A stretch of DNA of 39,064 nucleotides, taken from contig NC_068998.1 of the NCBI RefSeq assembly GCF_001194135.2, positions 37,441,222 to 37,480,285 on the forward strand. Reading direction: 5' to 3'. The position numbers were made by a program, and so were the translations under genes. A model generated the notes under the pieces. It made no database searches, had not been told where the DNA came from, and saw only the letters and a list, made by a program, of their open reading frames with translations. Below are positions 1 to 13,435 of this stretch, one piece after another (the first letter of the stretch is position 1; each line of letters opens with the position of its first letter). The stretch is from Octopus bimaculoides. Its lineage: Eukaryota.

Positions 1-407
1 ATTTGCCAACGTAAATTGGCAGTACTACATTTTTTAACCCTAGGAAAACATCTTTTCCAGCTGGCTACCGACGCACAACTGTGTCTGTATACCTCGAACA
101 AGGGAGCTAATGTCCCCACTCAACCTTAAACGGTACCTGCAGACTTGTGCTTGGGAGGGTAACTTTCAAGGTGCAATCTCATGGTCAGTCATGACCGAAG
201 GGGGTCTCAGCTTCTTACGGACTCCTAGATGCTTTCCTATCTCCTCGGCCTTCCTCGAGAGGAGATGCTGAAGAGAGATAACCCTGAGCAGATTATAAAG
301 CCGTAGGTTTAAATTAGAACAATCAATGTCAGTGATTTCCTAGCGATCGCGAACCGCCTGGTGGGAAAAGTTCAATAGTAACAGAACTGTAAACGCACAG
401 GCACGCG

Positions 408-408
408 C

Positions 409-477
<69 letters not shown>

Positions 478-651
478 GAGATAGTGAGAGAGAAGTATGC
501 ACATACTCACACAGACATGCATAGATATATAGATAGATAGACAGACAGACAGAGGAATAAGATAGATAGATAGATAGATAAATAGAATACTGCCTTTTTC
601 ATCTTGGGATTCGGGATTTTCCACCACACGACTTTCAATTTCCATAGAATA

Positions 652-690
<39 letters not shown>
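408..690. repeat. Compound microsatellite (CA)n, (GATA/GACA)n, (TA)n next to a gap
   Basis: Direct reading. Confidence 0.95.
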
Positions 691-1589
691 NNNNNNNNNN
701 NNNNNNNNNNNNNNNNNNNNNNNNNNNNNNNNNNNNNNNNNNNNNNNNNNNNNNNNNNNNNNNNNNNNNNNNNNNNNNNNNNNNNNNNNNNNNNNNNNNN
801 NNNNNNNNNNNNNNNNNNNNNNNNNNNNNNNNNNNNNNNNNNNNNNNNNNNNNNNNNNNNNNNNNNNNNNNNNNNNNNNNNNNNNNNNNNNNNNNNNNNN
901 NNNNNNNNNNNNNNNNNNNNNNNNNNNNNNNNNNNNNNNNNNNNNNNNNNNNNNNNNNNNNNNNNNNNNNNNNNNNNNNNNNNNNNNNNNNNNNNNNNNN
1001 NNNNNNNNNNNNNNNNNNNNNNNNNNNNNNNNNNNNNNNNNNNNNNNNNNNNNNNNNNNNNNNNNNNNNNNNNNNNNNNNNNNNNNNNNNNNNNNNNNNN
1101 NNNNNNNNNNNNNNNNNNNNNNNNNNNNNNNNNNNNNNNNNNNNNNNNNNNNNNNNNNNNNNNNNNNNNNNNNNNNNNNNNNNNNNNNNTATATATATAT
1201 ATATATATGGATGTATGTATGCATGCGTGTATCTGTGTGCATATTTATGTATGTATACACGTATGCATGTATGTATGTATTATCGCTTTCTCTCACTCTC
1301 TTTATATATACATATACATATATATATCGACACACACACGTACACCTAGGCACACACACATTTATACGTGGGTGTGCACACGCGCGCGCGTGCATGTATG
1401 TATTATTTTGTACAAGAAAAAATATTTTGTTGCAAACAGTCACGTGCTATGTGATTGTCGGTCAATATTATTTTGAGCACATCAAAACCTCTGCTCAACT
1501 AATCAGGCAATATTATACAAGAAGTGTACTAAGTCTTCCCGTATCTATAAAATATCGATTATTTCTGCCCACAGCCGTGTCGGAGTGTA

Positions 1590-1880
1590 TATTGAGGAGA
1601 AAGAAGAAAATCTAAGCCGATACTTAATGGTTTTACGTTAGTGACAAGTCTGTGAGTAATGTCGTATATTGGAGATGTGCATGTAAAAGTCAAATGTGTC
1701 TACGGACGGAAATGAAATTCAAAACCAACCAAGTGACCGCACTCACGCACCACTGAAGCGAAATGGCAGTCGTGGAATCCACGAAAGTGCTGCTGACTCG
1801 GATGAATAGTGAATAGACATCTGCTATTATCCAAGGTATAACACACAACTTCTCATTTGTAGCTTCTGACAGCCTATCAA
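1590..1880 (+). pseudogene. Degraded FLYWCH zinc-finger fragment, probably a MULE/Mutator-like transposase N-terminus
   Basis: Manual translation across one frameshift: GERRKSKPILNGF / YVSDKSVSNVVYWRCACKSQMC...THH*, matching the F/Y-x-Y...YWRC...C...HxH pattern; contains stops. Confidence 0.45.
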
Positions 1881-1886
1881 CAAACA

Positions 1887-1913
1887 TACATACATACAAC
1901 CATACATATATAT

Positions 1914-1981
<68 letters not shown>

Positions 1982-2005
1982 ATAGATAGAGAGATAGATA
2001 GATAC

Positions 2006-2072
<67 letters not shown>

Positions 2073-2115
2073 TACATACATAAATATGTGTGTGTGTATG
2101 TGTGTGTGTGTGTAT
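1887..2115. repeat. Compound microsatellite (CATA)(TA)(GATA)(GA)(GATA)(TG)
   Basis: Direct reading. Confidence 0.95.
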
Positions 2116-3894
2116 ACCTCAAGTTTACCTCAAAAATAACAAACTGAAATAGTTGTAAATGTTATTTTGACTACAAATAAACTATGACCATTTAATACCA
2201 ATGATCAACTTCTAATTGTTGATTGTTGCTCCATTTCTTTTCTTATTTGAATATATTAAACTACGGTTTACCATTTAAAGCACCGACTACTGTTAGCCTT
2301 ATAGCAAGGCCTATACATAGTTAGATAATACACCAGTAGTGCCTACGAATACATTTATCCCATAGACGGTTGCAGGTTGCATAACCTCTAACTCATAAAT
2401 TATCTATTATATATATATATATATATATATATATNNNNNNNNNNNNNNNNNNNNNNNNNNNNNNNNNNNNNNNNNNNNNNNNNNNNNNNNNNNNNNNNNN
2501 NNNNNNNNNNNNNNNNNNNNNNNNNNNNNNNNNNNNNNNNNNNNNNNNNNNNNNNNNNNNNNNNNNNNNNNNNNNNNNNNNNNNNNNNATATACATATAC
2601 ATATGTGTGTGTACAAATAGGGAGTGTGTGTGTGTGAGTGAGAAAGATAGAGAGAGATACAAAGCAGTATTATACCAAAAGGCAATATTTATTTCCAAAT
2701 CAAGGTGGATGTATTGTTACAGCACCGAATATTGCGCTAAATACCTTAAAAGGACCTCCCATATGGACGCATAGTGCCAGATCACGTTATTTCGACGTGC
2801 CCCGTTTCTTCAGTGGCAGAACGTCCTGTAGCCGCATACAGCCAAATATCATTGCGATTGATAAAAGGAATTTCAGTGACGGTTCAGTGACCGATGTCAC
2901 AAATAGCCAAGAGGCTTAATTAAAAAATAACTATTAATGACAGAAGCCGTATTAATACCAAAAGCACTCTGTATCCAACGTAACATAGTTGTGTTGTTAG
3001 AACACCAACTATTGTGTTATTTACTTGAGAGGACTTCTCAGAAATTTGAATAGAAAATACACGATGAGAATGGCCTTTACATTTTTACCTCCCTAAGGTA
3101 TCAAGAGTTGCTGAAAACAGCAGCCTGTTCAAATTTGAGATTGCTCCAGCTGGTCATCTGTTGTATACTTTTCATGTTCTGGAAAACGCCTCCACATTGC
3201 TGCTATGGTTCTTGCTGATGCTTTTGATAAAAATTGTAACATTTAACAATGAAATCTTTCCAGTTATACCAACAAATAAAAGGCTCACTTGAGACAGTGA
3301 CTGTCTATTGACTTGAAAATGGTTGCAATTAATATATTTTTAAATCACTTTCCTTTCGAACAAGATTTTAGCTTTTTTATTTTTAAAAATCTATTTCGTT
3401 GAGTGTTGATATTGTGAAATTCAGGCATTACTAGCTCGATATTGATAACCCGAAAATTTGGAACGTGTTAACCGAGAAAATATCTTCAAATTTTGGCATT
3501 TTCGTAACTAGTTGACGTAGGTAGATCTGAAGAACTTGCAAGAACTTTAAGTTATAAACATTTGTTATAATATTTTACAGAATGTTATGAAACTGCGTGG
3601 ATAGGGCAGTACAGCACAGAATACGTTGACATTTCCTGCACGATCTTCGTATATATATTATGGGCGTGGTTAAATTCAACTGGCGTGTACCAGTAATAAC
3701 ACTTCACATTGACACAAGTAAATTATCAAACGTGTCGCAATTATTCTTCTTACATTAATTACTAAAACATTTCAAATAATGGTATAAAATCTTTTGATAC
3801 AATCGTTTTGGCATCGTTCTTTTGGCCTCGCTAGTTTTCGATGTTGACTTGATATCAGATGTTTTAATATTTCTCTCGTTCAGCACTCTCTTTC

Positions 3895-3895
3895 A

Positions 3896-3931
<36 letters not shown>

Positions 3932-4096
3932 GTCAGTCTGTCTGTTTGTCTGTCTGTGTACAAATCAATCGATCTATTTATCTGTCTATCTATTGATCGA
4001 TCTACCTATCTATTTATCTATCTGTCTGTTTGTCTGTCTGTCTGTCTCTATCTCAAGATGTGAGTGAGCATCTAGTTATGTAATGTCATTTTCTCC

Positions 4097-4130
<34 letters not shown>
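3895..4130. repeat. (TCTA)/(TCTG)n and (TC)n microsatellites
   Basis: Direct reading. Confidence 0.9.
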
Positions 4131-4132
<2 letters not shown>

Positions 4133-4841
4133 CATCTCTATCCAGTGCCAAAAAGTTCTAATCACCAAAACAGGTCGACAGTCCACTCAGCCGTACCAAA
4201 CCCTCAGTGGCCAAGTACCGGCGCCCAATTATCTCTTTCCTTTCAAATCAGATATATCCCAACATTGATAGATAAAGGATAAAGGTCCTTTCTGAATCAT
4301 ATAGACTCATAGGACCTGTTTCCTGGAGTCCCAGTTACCATGGCACATATATCCCCTACCCTCACCCCCGAGAGGACGCCGATTTGTCGCAAGATTACTC
4401 NNNNNNNNNNNNNNNNNNNNNNNNNNNNNNNNNNNNNNNNNNNNNNNNNNNNNNNNNNNNNNNNNNNNNNNNNNNNNNNNNNNNNNNNNNNNNNNNNNNN
4501 NNNNNNNNNNNNNNNNNNNNNNNNNNNNNNNNNNNNNNNNNNNNNNNNNNNNNNNNNNNNNNNNNNNNNNNNNNNNNNNNNNNNNNNNNNNNNNNNNNNN
4601 NNNNNNNNNNNNNNNNNNNNNNNNNNNNNNNNNNNNNNNNNNNNNNNNNNNNNNNNNNNNNNNNNNNNNNNNNNNNNNNNNNNNNNNNNNNNNNNNNNNN
4701 NNNNNNNNNNNNNNNNNNNNNNNNNNNNNNNNNNNNNNNNNNNNNNNNNNNNNNNNNNNNNNNNNNNNNNNNNNNNNNNNNNNNNNNNNNNNNNNNNNNN
4801 NNNNNNNNNNNNNNNNNNNNNNNNNNNNNNNNNNNNNNNNN

Positions 4842-4903
<62 letters not shown>

Positions 4904-5091
4904 TATATATATATATATACAAATGCACTCACATGCACACACATGTGCCAAGTGTGACTTATATGTACAGAGAGACAGACAGACAGAAACAAAAATAGAA
5001 AAAGTGAGTGTTTGTGCGTGTGCGCAAGAATATGAATGTATGTGAATATGTGAGCATGTATACGTAAATATGCATATATATGTGTGTGTGT

Positions 5092-5135
<44 letters not shown>

Positions 5136-5184
5136 GTATATATATACACACACAAATGCACACACGTGTCAAGTGTGGTTTGTG

Positions 5185-5215
<31 letters not shown>

Positions 5216-5244
5216 ACAGACAGATACACAGAAACAGAGAGAGA

Positions 5245-5336
<92 letters not shown>

Positions 5337-5356
5337 TAGAGAGAGAGAGAGAGAGA
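4842..5356. repeat. Compound (TA)n/(TG)n/(GA)n microsatellite
   Basis: Direct reading. Confidence 0.95.
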
Positions 5357-5510
5357 AAATAAATCGTTGCAACTTCAAGGTTGAAATGAATGTCGCAGGC
5401 AAAAAAGAGATCGGTTGAAGAATGTTCATAATGGTTATATACTGGTTTATGCTGGAATTCTATTGGAATAGTTGTGAAATACGTCCGTAACCTTCGAAGA
5501 CGGGACAGAT

Positions 5511-5665
5511 TGCCACTAAAATGCCGATTGCGGAATAATAGCAGGGAGCTGCACAAATTGCGCATTTATTCTTGAAATAGGTGTAAGTTACAACCTGCCA
5601 CTAAAATGCTGATTGCGGAACGATCGCAGATGGTTGCACAAATTGCGCATCTTTCCTTGAAACAG
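5511..5665. repeat. Two diverged 70-bp direct repeats at an 85-bp period
   Basis: 5511-5580 versus 5596-5665 match at 58/70 positions by manual ungapped comparison. Confidence 0.9.
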
Positions 5666-6233
5666 CTATAAGAAACTACTTGCACACCTTTCTTCTTTAC
5701 TTCCATCTTTGGATTCAACCTTTTATAACGTGCCTTCACCTACTATCTAATATCAGTAATACAGACTCACCTTTTGACCCTTCCAGAAGAATACAGTATG
5801 TATCACAACCATTAAGAGCATTTCTCTACTGATCTTTTTTTTTATCTCCTGTGATTTGAACTCCTACAACACTCATTTCTATCCTCAAGTTGCATCAATC
5901 ACATATAAATGGCAATTTCTGTCTTTCTGTCTGTCCGTCTATCTGTTAATATATTGCTGCCCAAACCAGAGAACAAATCTTCGCCAAACTTTGTATCCAT
6001 GTTCAACTAACATCCAGCTCAGTTATAGGCTAATTGGACCGACTACGGGGGTTGGGCTAATACATGATAAAATGAGAGCGGTGCAAAAGTGTTAGGTTCA
6101 GGGAAATGTGGCATAATGAGGATGGCTGATATCAGGAAAAGGGAGGAGACAGGAAGAGATAGACACATAGGGAATATGAGAGACAGGCAGAGATAACGAC
6201 AGACAGGAACACTTCTATACATATAAAGGAGAG

Positions 6234-6236
<3 letters not shown>

Positions 6237-6326
<90 letters not shown>
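6237..6326. repeat. Pure (TG)n of about 45 units
   Basis: Direct reading. Confidence 0.98.
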
Positions 6327-6327
<1 letters not shown>

Positions 6328-6767
6328 ATATCTTCCTTTTGCATTCAGAAACTAAGTTGTCAATTTTGATGTATGGTGTATCAAAAGATTCAGTAACCTT
6401 ACAACTACCAAATAGACTTTATTTTCATTTACATATTTGCATTACAACAGTTTAACATTATAATCTTTCTATAATTCAACTATCCTAAGCGTCATTTTTT
6501 ACCACGACGACGACAACGTCACATTTTCTATATGAGGTTGTACCTGAAAAGACGTCCATTTCTGTATATGTTATGAAAAAATATAGTCACTCACTTTTTT
6601 TTCTCACATGCACACGCACACAACCATATAAAAAAGATGTATGCATATTTATTTATGTACATGCATATGAAAGATAATGTGTGTGTGTGCATGTGTGTGT
6701 GAGAGAGAGAGCCACTTACACATACATGCAAAAAGAATGCATACATGATAACACACACCTTCACTCA

Positions 6768-6815
<48 letters not shown>

Positions 6816-7199
6816 TAGCCACTCACATGCACATATACACACACATGCACATATACACACACATCCTTGTCATATACATATACATACATCTTTCACTTTC
6901 TCCTCTCTTTCAATTTCTGCTCTCACTTCAAAGCAAATGTCGCCTTTTCACTTTCTCCTCTCTTCAAAACATAAAGAAATAAAAATATTTTACGGAAATT
7001 AACGAACAATCGTATGATCCCATATGATTCACCATATATGACCGAGTCGACATGTTTTCTGCTTCAAACGAAACAATGCCATAAAATAACTTCCTTTGAC
7101 ACGCGCATACACACGCACTCGCATACACACACACTGTAGGTAAAACTTCTGTATGAATTATGTTATTTCTTGCTATGTGCACGCACAAAATTACTGCTC

Positions 7200-7650
7200 A
7201 GATCCAATTGAAATCACCTTTTCCTATTCTGTAATTCGTGTTTGTGATGAGTTTATTTAAAAACCTGATTTTCGATATAAATCTAAAGGGAAGTTCTCCA
7301 AGAAATCCTGTCCATTTCGTAAAAGAGTTACAGATTAAGAAATCACGGTGTGGACGGGGAGAAACTAAAATTTTGAAAATGTGATTTCTGGGCAAAATCG
7401 TATTAACCCCCTCTTATACGATGAAACAATACATAGTTTGTGATCCTTAAGAACAGAAAGCACTTTCATGCAAACCCATGCAAATTTCACCCTCCCCTCC
7501 CTTCACTTTTAAACAAACAATAACTTCCATTACGCCGGTAATCCAGTTCACTATATATCAGCTGCGCTGATTCTGCCCATAAGAAAGGAACAAATAAAAC
7601 AATATGGCTGTATGGTATAACAACCGGGCAACGCCGGGATGCCTTGCTAG
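7200..7650 (+). mobile_element. Probable non-autonomous Helitron, 3' end
   Basis: GC hairpin CCGG(G)C-AAC-GCCGG at 7624-7637, then CTAG (7647-7650) followed by T, which is the Helitron 3' signature. The 5' boundary is not defined. Confidence 0.45.
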
Positions 7651-8382
7651 TATATAAATATATAAAAGTCGTAATCTGACCAGAAACTAATTGTCAGCCT
7701 GACTATGCCCTCTTTCTATTAAACTAGTACAAGCTCGAATGAAATACTGTCAATGCCCAATCCTCACTTAGGTACCTATAACATCCTGTATTTTTACTTG
7801 CAGTTCAGACAGGAGGTCAACCTGAACACAAATTGTGTACATCTATTATCTTATTTCATCAGATGTAATTTTCTTTGAAGTTTATATTTACATATGGTAG
7901 TCTATCGTAGCCCCACAAAAGACGGTTCTGCAAATTCCTTGCTGAATAAGCAGCACAAGTGATCAAATATATATATGCAGTACATTAGCTCAGTCCTTCC
8001 ATCAAGTTGTCATACAGTTACACGATGTATCGCACGTTAGGTGTCGATGTGAGAGCAGAGCAGAGCAACGTGAGAGGAGGTGTTTTGCTCGAGAGCAAAA
8101 TGCACTAAACGGTCCAGTAACTGAAACCACACTCATGCAAAACAAAAACATATTACTATATTGCACAACATCCTAAGCATTGGACCACGCGCCCTATGTG
8201 TGTGTGTGTGTGCGTGCATGTCTGCGTGTGCGCGTATATGTATGCATGTATGTGTGTATGTGTGTATATATGTATATGTATGCTTAGCATGCCGTATCAG
8301 TTGGATACACGAGTTTCTATTTTCCATTTTTCTTCCCTCTCTCCATTTCGTTTTTATTCTCTCTCTTATTCACTGTCTGTCA

Positions 8383-8413
<31 letters not shown>

Positions 8414-9800
8414 CCTCTTTCTCTCTCGCTTTCTCTCTCTTTCTCTATCTGTTTATATATATATANNNNNNNNNNNNNNNNNNNNNNNNNNNNNNNNNNN
8501 NNNNNNNNNNNNNNNNNNNNNNNNNNNNNNNNNNNNNNNNNNNNNNNNNNNNNNNNNNNNNNNNNNNNNNNNNNNNNNNNNNNNNNNNNNNNNNNNNNNN
8601 NNNNNNNNNNNNNNNNNNNNNNNNNNNNNNNNNNNNNNNNNNNNNNNNNNNNNNNNNNNNNNNNNNNNNNNNNNNNNNNNNNNNNNNNNNNNNNNNNNNN
8701 NNNNNNNNNNNNNNNNNNNNNNNNNNNNNNNNNNNNNNNNNNNNNNNNNNNNNNNNNNNNNNNNNNNNNNNNNNNNNNNNNNNNNNNNNNNNNNNNNNNN
8801 NNNNNNNNNNNNNNNNNNNNNNNNNNNNNNNNNNNNNNNNNNNNNNNNNNNNNNNNNNNNNNNNNNNNNNNNNNNNNNNNNNNNNNNNNNNNNNNNNNNN
8901 NNNNNNNNNNNNNNNNNNNNNNNNNNNNNNNNNNNNNNNNNNNNNNNNNNNNNNNNNNNNNNNNNNNNNNNNNNNNNNNNNNNNNNNNNNNNNNNNNNNN
9001 NNNNNNNNNNNNNNNNNNNNNNNNNNNNNNNNNNNNNNNNNNNNNNNNNNNNNNNNNNNNNNNNNNNNNNNNNNNNNNNNNNNNNNNNNNNNNNNNNNNN
9101 NNNNNNNNNNNNNNNNNNNNNNNNNNNNNNNNNNNNNNNNNNNNNNNNNNNNNNNNNNNNNNNNNNNNNNNNNNNNNNNNNNNNNNNNNNNNNNNNNNNN
9201 NNNNNNNNNNNNNNNNNNNNNNNNNNNNNNNNNNNNNNNNNNNNNNNNNNNNNNNNNNATATATATATATATATATACACGTATATGTACACACAACATA
9301 TATGCATATATTTGTCTGTATATATAAATATATAGATATATATACATATACATGTACATGCATTTATATATACATATTTAGATGTATGTATAAATATATG
9401 TATGTATGTTTGTATGTATGCATTCATGTATGTATGCATGCATGTATGTATGCATGTATGTATGTATGTATGTTTGTATGTTTACATGTGCAGTACACGC
9501 TCGTAAAAACATAGCAATGAAGAGAAAGTTTTCCTGGTTTAGCGTTTTGTTCGAGTTAATCGATGGTTAGATTTAATATTGTATATGAGATACACTCTGA
9601 GCAGGGGAAGTCGCACAAAATTAGAGAAGATACTCTTAACATCCTCATGCACTCATATAAAACATTTAAATTTAATTTCATATAATTAATTTAGCAAAAT
9701 CATTTTATGATATCAATTTTACGAAATTGTTTTATTATTAGTGTATGTAAAACAAAATACAAATTACTGTAACTTATTAATTTCATTATCTGTTGAAAGA

Positions 9801-10014
9801 AGGCGGTGAGTTGGCACAATCGTTGGCACTTTGGACAAAATGCTTCGCGGAGTTTCTTCTGACTCGTTACGTTCTGTTCTCAAATACTACCCAGGTGAAT
9901 TTTGTCCTTTATCCTTTCGGGTCGATAAAATAAGTACCACTTGTCCAATAACGTTGATGTAATCGATTTTCTGCTTCCCCTATAATTCTTGGCCTTGTCG
10001 CAAAATTTGAAGCC
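9801..10014 (+). mobile_element. SINE family 2 (short tail), diverged
   Basis: Head ggcggtgagttggcacaatcgttggcac; core tttgtcctttatcctttcgggtcgataaaataagtacc shared with other copies in the window. Confidence 0.85.
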
Positions 10015-10178
10015 ATTTGCTTGTGGAAGGTGACAGACGAGCATCGTTCAGCAAATACAGGCGATGCACTGCGTTAGAGCGTCGGCCATAAAGCCCAGTG
10101 CTGGCCCTCTACCAAAATTTGAAGCAATTTACCAGTGGAAGGTGAGACGAGCGTGCTGGGGGCACAGCGTTGACGGTT

Positions 10179-10572
10179 TTAGTCGCACAAATCGACCCCT
10201 GCATTTATTGTAAAGACTAATACTTCCTCTATAGGTCTCTTTAGTCGAACTGCGAATGTTAGAGGGACATAAACAAACCAACAACGGTTGTCAAACGGTG
10301 GCCAGGGAACGAAAGTGAACTCTCTCTCTCTCTCTCTCTCTCTCTCGCTCTCTCTCTCTCTCTTTCTCTGTCTATCTACTGATCTCTCTCTCACACACAC
10401 ACTTATAAGACAGGCTTTAACACAGTTTCTGTCTACCAAATCCACTCACAAGAGATTGGCCGACTCAGAGTTATAGTAGCAGACACTTACCGAAGGTTTC
10501 ACGTAGTGACACTGAATCCGAAACTAGGTGGCTGCAAAGCGGGCATCTTAACCATACAGCCATGCCTGTGGC
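10179..10572 (-). mobile_element. SINE family 1, diverged, with internal microsatellite
   Basis: Reverse complement matches the 12639 and 13436 copies (gtgagtggatttggtagac...aaactg; ggggtcgatttg..cgact). Confidence 0.8.
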
Positions 10573-10705
10573 CTATGTAAACTTCTAAATGAGTTGCGTT
10601 TCTTTGACATGATGTAAGTACCGAAGAACTTTTTATATCCAGTTTCGAGACATACTGTCACAAAATGAGCCATTCTGTTACTATACAATGACATCATTTG
10701 TTTAC

Positions 10706-10893
10706 CTTCTTGTGCTGTGATGTGACTTTTGCCTCATGTAAGCTTGCTCTTTGCTGGTCTACAGCCACTTGGAAAATTTTTTCCGAGAAGGTATAGATTC
10801 TACCATTCTTTATTTGGATAAATGAAGTTGAGGCTGTTGATTTTTTAGCTTTTTCTTTTATCCCAAGGTTAACCGTGAACAAATGCAATTCAG
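10706..10893 (-). CDS. Candidate internal host exon (188 nt), product unknown
   Basis: ttattacAG acceptor at 10895-10894 and aag|GTaaac donor at 10705; open frame ELHLFTVNLG...KIFQVAVDQQRASLHEAKVTSQHKK in non-repetitive DNA. The pyrimidine tract is weak and no homology was recognised. Confidence 0.3.
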
Positions 10894-12202
10894 CTGTAAT
10901 AAGTTTGTATTTTTAGGATTTTTTTTTTATCTCATCTGTCTTCTTTTTAAAGATGGTAGTATATACTTGAAGGCAATTTAGCTGCTATTTCTAAAAGATC
11001 GAGCGATTGCGTTATTCTCATTGTTGTTCTTTTGGAGGTGGAGTTAATTAGCTGCCTAGTATTAGCTCGGTATATTGAACTCCAGATAAACTATTCCAAT
11101 AAGATGGATAGCATAACATGACTTCTCTTATGTAGCTGAACTTTATTCTTTCACCTGGCATTTCTCCTCAAGTCTGTTAAGATTTTTACTATATGCTGAC
11201 GGCGACGACGACCGCAACAACAAAGACAATTCAACATAAAATTAAAACACCTAAATAAATACACAACGAACAATCACAGAAGAAAAGATGTAGTTAATGG
11301 TCTGAACAATTATTACTTCTTTTTATATTAAAACTGACATTAAATAGAGATTCTTCCCAGGTTTTACAACTCTTTTTTTCCAAAACACTCCAAAGAAAGA
11401 TGGAGGAAATAAAAAAAAACAAATTGCAAATACAAAATGGGGAGAGAAAAAAAAAGAAAGAAAGAAAACTCGGAAAATAAAATGAAGAAGCTGCAATTGT
11501 ATTTCTAAGAATGAAACCAAGAATATGGTGTGTTTCAATTTATTTCTATGTTTCTGTTGTTATAAATATCTCAGAATAATGCACTCATGAATTCATTGTC
11601 GTTTACTTCGGTGAAAATATTTCGGATTGTGTGAAGAAATTGCAGAAAATTAGTTCCGTTTCTTGTAAGAAATTATAACAGCTGCGTTTAATTAACTCTT
11701 CTGGCTATTTCGGAGATTGTTGTGTTTGTTTATATACGTTTTAGTTTTTCAAATTCTTTCTAAGTTATTTTATATGCAGCCAGGCTTGAGCACAGCTTTC
11801 AAGGGATTAAATCATATCGCCCCTGGGAATTGCGGTCTGTTCATCTTACTTGTTTTTCCCGTTAAGTTAAGGGGCATAGCCACCACAGCTGTCTTGTTCT
11901 GATGGGCGTGAACGTCAACACAGACTTATTTCTATTTACTTGTTTTGTTTGGAAAAAGAGGCTGTGCCCATGGCCTTCGCAACCCTCCACGATAAATTAA
12001 ATCGATACTTTGAGCGTTCGCCTTGCTTCTTTAACAAATGAACAACCGCGAGAAAGACAGGAGCAGAGCGGGAATTTCAGAGGGGCAACGTTTTGGTAAG
12101 AGTGGACTGGATGTAAGGATTACTGAGGGGCATCTAGGTCTGAACAGATGAGAAGAGAATAGACGAGTGAATTGGGAAAGTGTAAGTAGAAATGGTGGGA
12201 GA

Positions 12203-12309
12203 CCAATCATCTCGGCAGGGCAGACGCCATTGCAGAAGAAAAAGAATTGACAGCGCGCCTATAAACCAAGATGGACCGACCGGTTGATGTGACAAACAGT
12301 CAGGTAATA
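12203..12309 (+). promoter_or_regulatory. Possible Pol II core promoter and first-exon donor
   Basis: CCAAT 12203-12207, TATAAA 12260-12265, CAAGATGG (YY1-like) 12267-12274, cag|GTAATA at 12304. Motif arrangement only. Confidence 0.2.
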
Positions 12310-12638
12310 CTCATTCCTGGATGGACTGGTGTTAAAACATTTATAGTCAGCCCTCAACTAAACTGATGGACGAATTTCGAACTAGCTGGTTATCTTCAGC
12401 TCCAGATACCAAGAGAGGATATCTAGAAAACTTTGCCTCATAGCTGTCACTGCTTCATAACACACTACAATCTTCCACACCTGAACATAAATTAAGTATG
12501 ACATGTCTTTTGTCGTTGAGTTGCGTAAATGTTGATGATCTGTACTTTTTAAAGTTAGTGTTGGTGAGGAGTTTAGCACGCCTGTACAATGTACTAGAGC
12601 TACCAGTGTAGTAGTACTATTCCAAATAATTTCAAATA

Positions 12639-12803
12639 TGCGTAGGAGTGGCTGTGTGGTAAGTAGCTTGCTTACGAACTACATGGTTCCGGGTTCAGTC
12701 CCACTGCGTGGCACCTTGGGCAAGTGTCTTCTACTATTGCCTCGGGCCAGCCAAAGCCTTGTGAGTGGATTTGGTAGACGGAAACTGAAAGAAGCCCGTC
12801 GTA

Positions 12804-12836
<33 letters not shown>

Positions 12837-13049
12837 GCATATGTTTGTGTGTCTGTGTTTGTCCCCCCCAACATCGCTTGACAACCGATGCTGGTGTGTT
12901 TACGTCCCTGTAACTTAGCGGTTCGGAAAACGCACCCGATAGAATAAGTACTAGGCTTACAAAGAATAAGTCCTGAGGTCGATGTGCTCGACTAAAAGCG
13001 GTGCTCCAGCATGGCCACAGTCAAATGACTGAAACAAGTAAAAGAGTAA
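12639..13049 (+). mobile_element. SINE family 1, full length (tRNA-derived head)
   Basis: A-box TGGCTGTGTGG, B-box GGTTCAGTCC, internal (TA)/(TG) tract, tail gaaacaagtaaaagagtaa; closely similar to 13436-13847. Confidence 0.92.
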
Positions 13050-13435
13050 CTGTTATTCAGTATTTAATGACTGGTTTTCTCATTCTTGCAGTACATATAT
13101 ACCAAGATGTCCTCAAGTGTCCTCAAGTGAAGAGCTACTAATTTTGGAACAACTTATCTGTTTGCTACCTTGTCACCAGGCTGTAATTAACTTATGAGTA
13201 ATGATTGTAAAATAAGGTGCATGCCGGTCATCTAATGTTACATCTACAACCCAACCAATAGATCAAGTTATAATCCATAGCCTGCAAAAGATTATACCGA
13301 CGATGGTATATGGGCGCAGCTTTCGTGGAGAAGGAAGGGGCTGACATTCAGGAAGACACAAACCAAAAAAAAAAAAATCAACAGTAAGCAAGAACTGCAA
13401 CCATGGGATTGCAATATTTAATTTAGCAACCTCAT

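Noticed and set aside
1-207. Sequence that looks like the 3' part of an interspersed repeat
   Set aside because: No second copy or diagnostic motif in the window, so it cannot be supported from the sequence alone.
2740-3300. Unique-looking segment as coding exons
   Set aside because: Every frame tested between plausible splice sites contains stops, and no motif was recognised.
10000-10152. About 40-bp repeat caaaatttgaagc…gtggaaggtga(c)agacgagc at 10001 and 10113
   Set aside because: Starts with the family 2 SINE short tail; most simply a local duplication of a SINE end plus flank.
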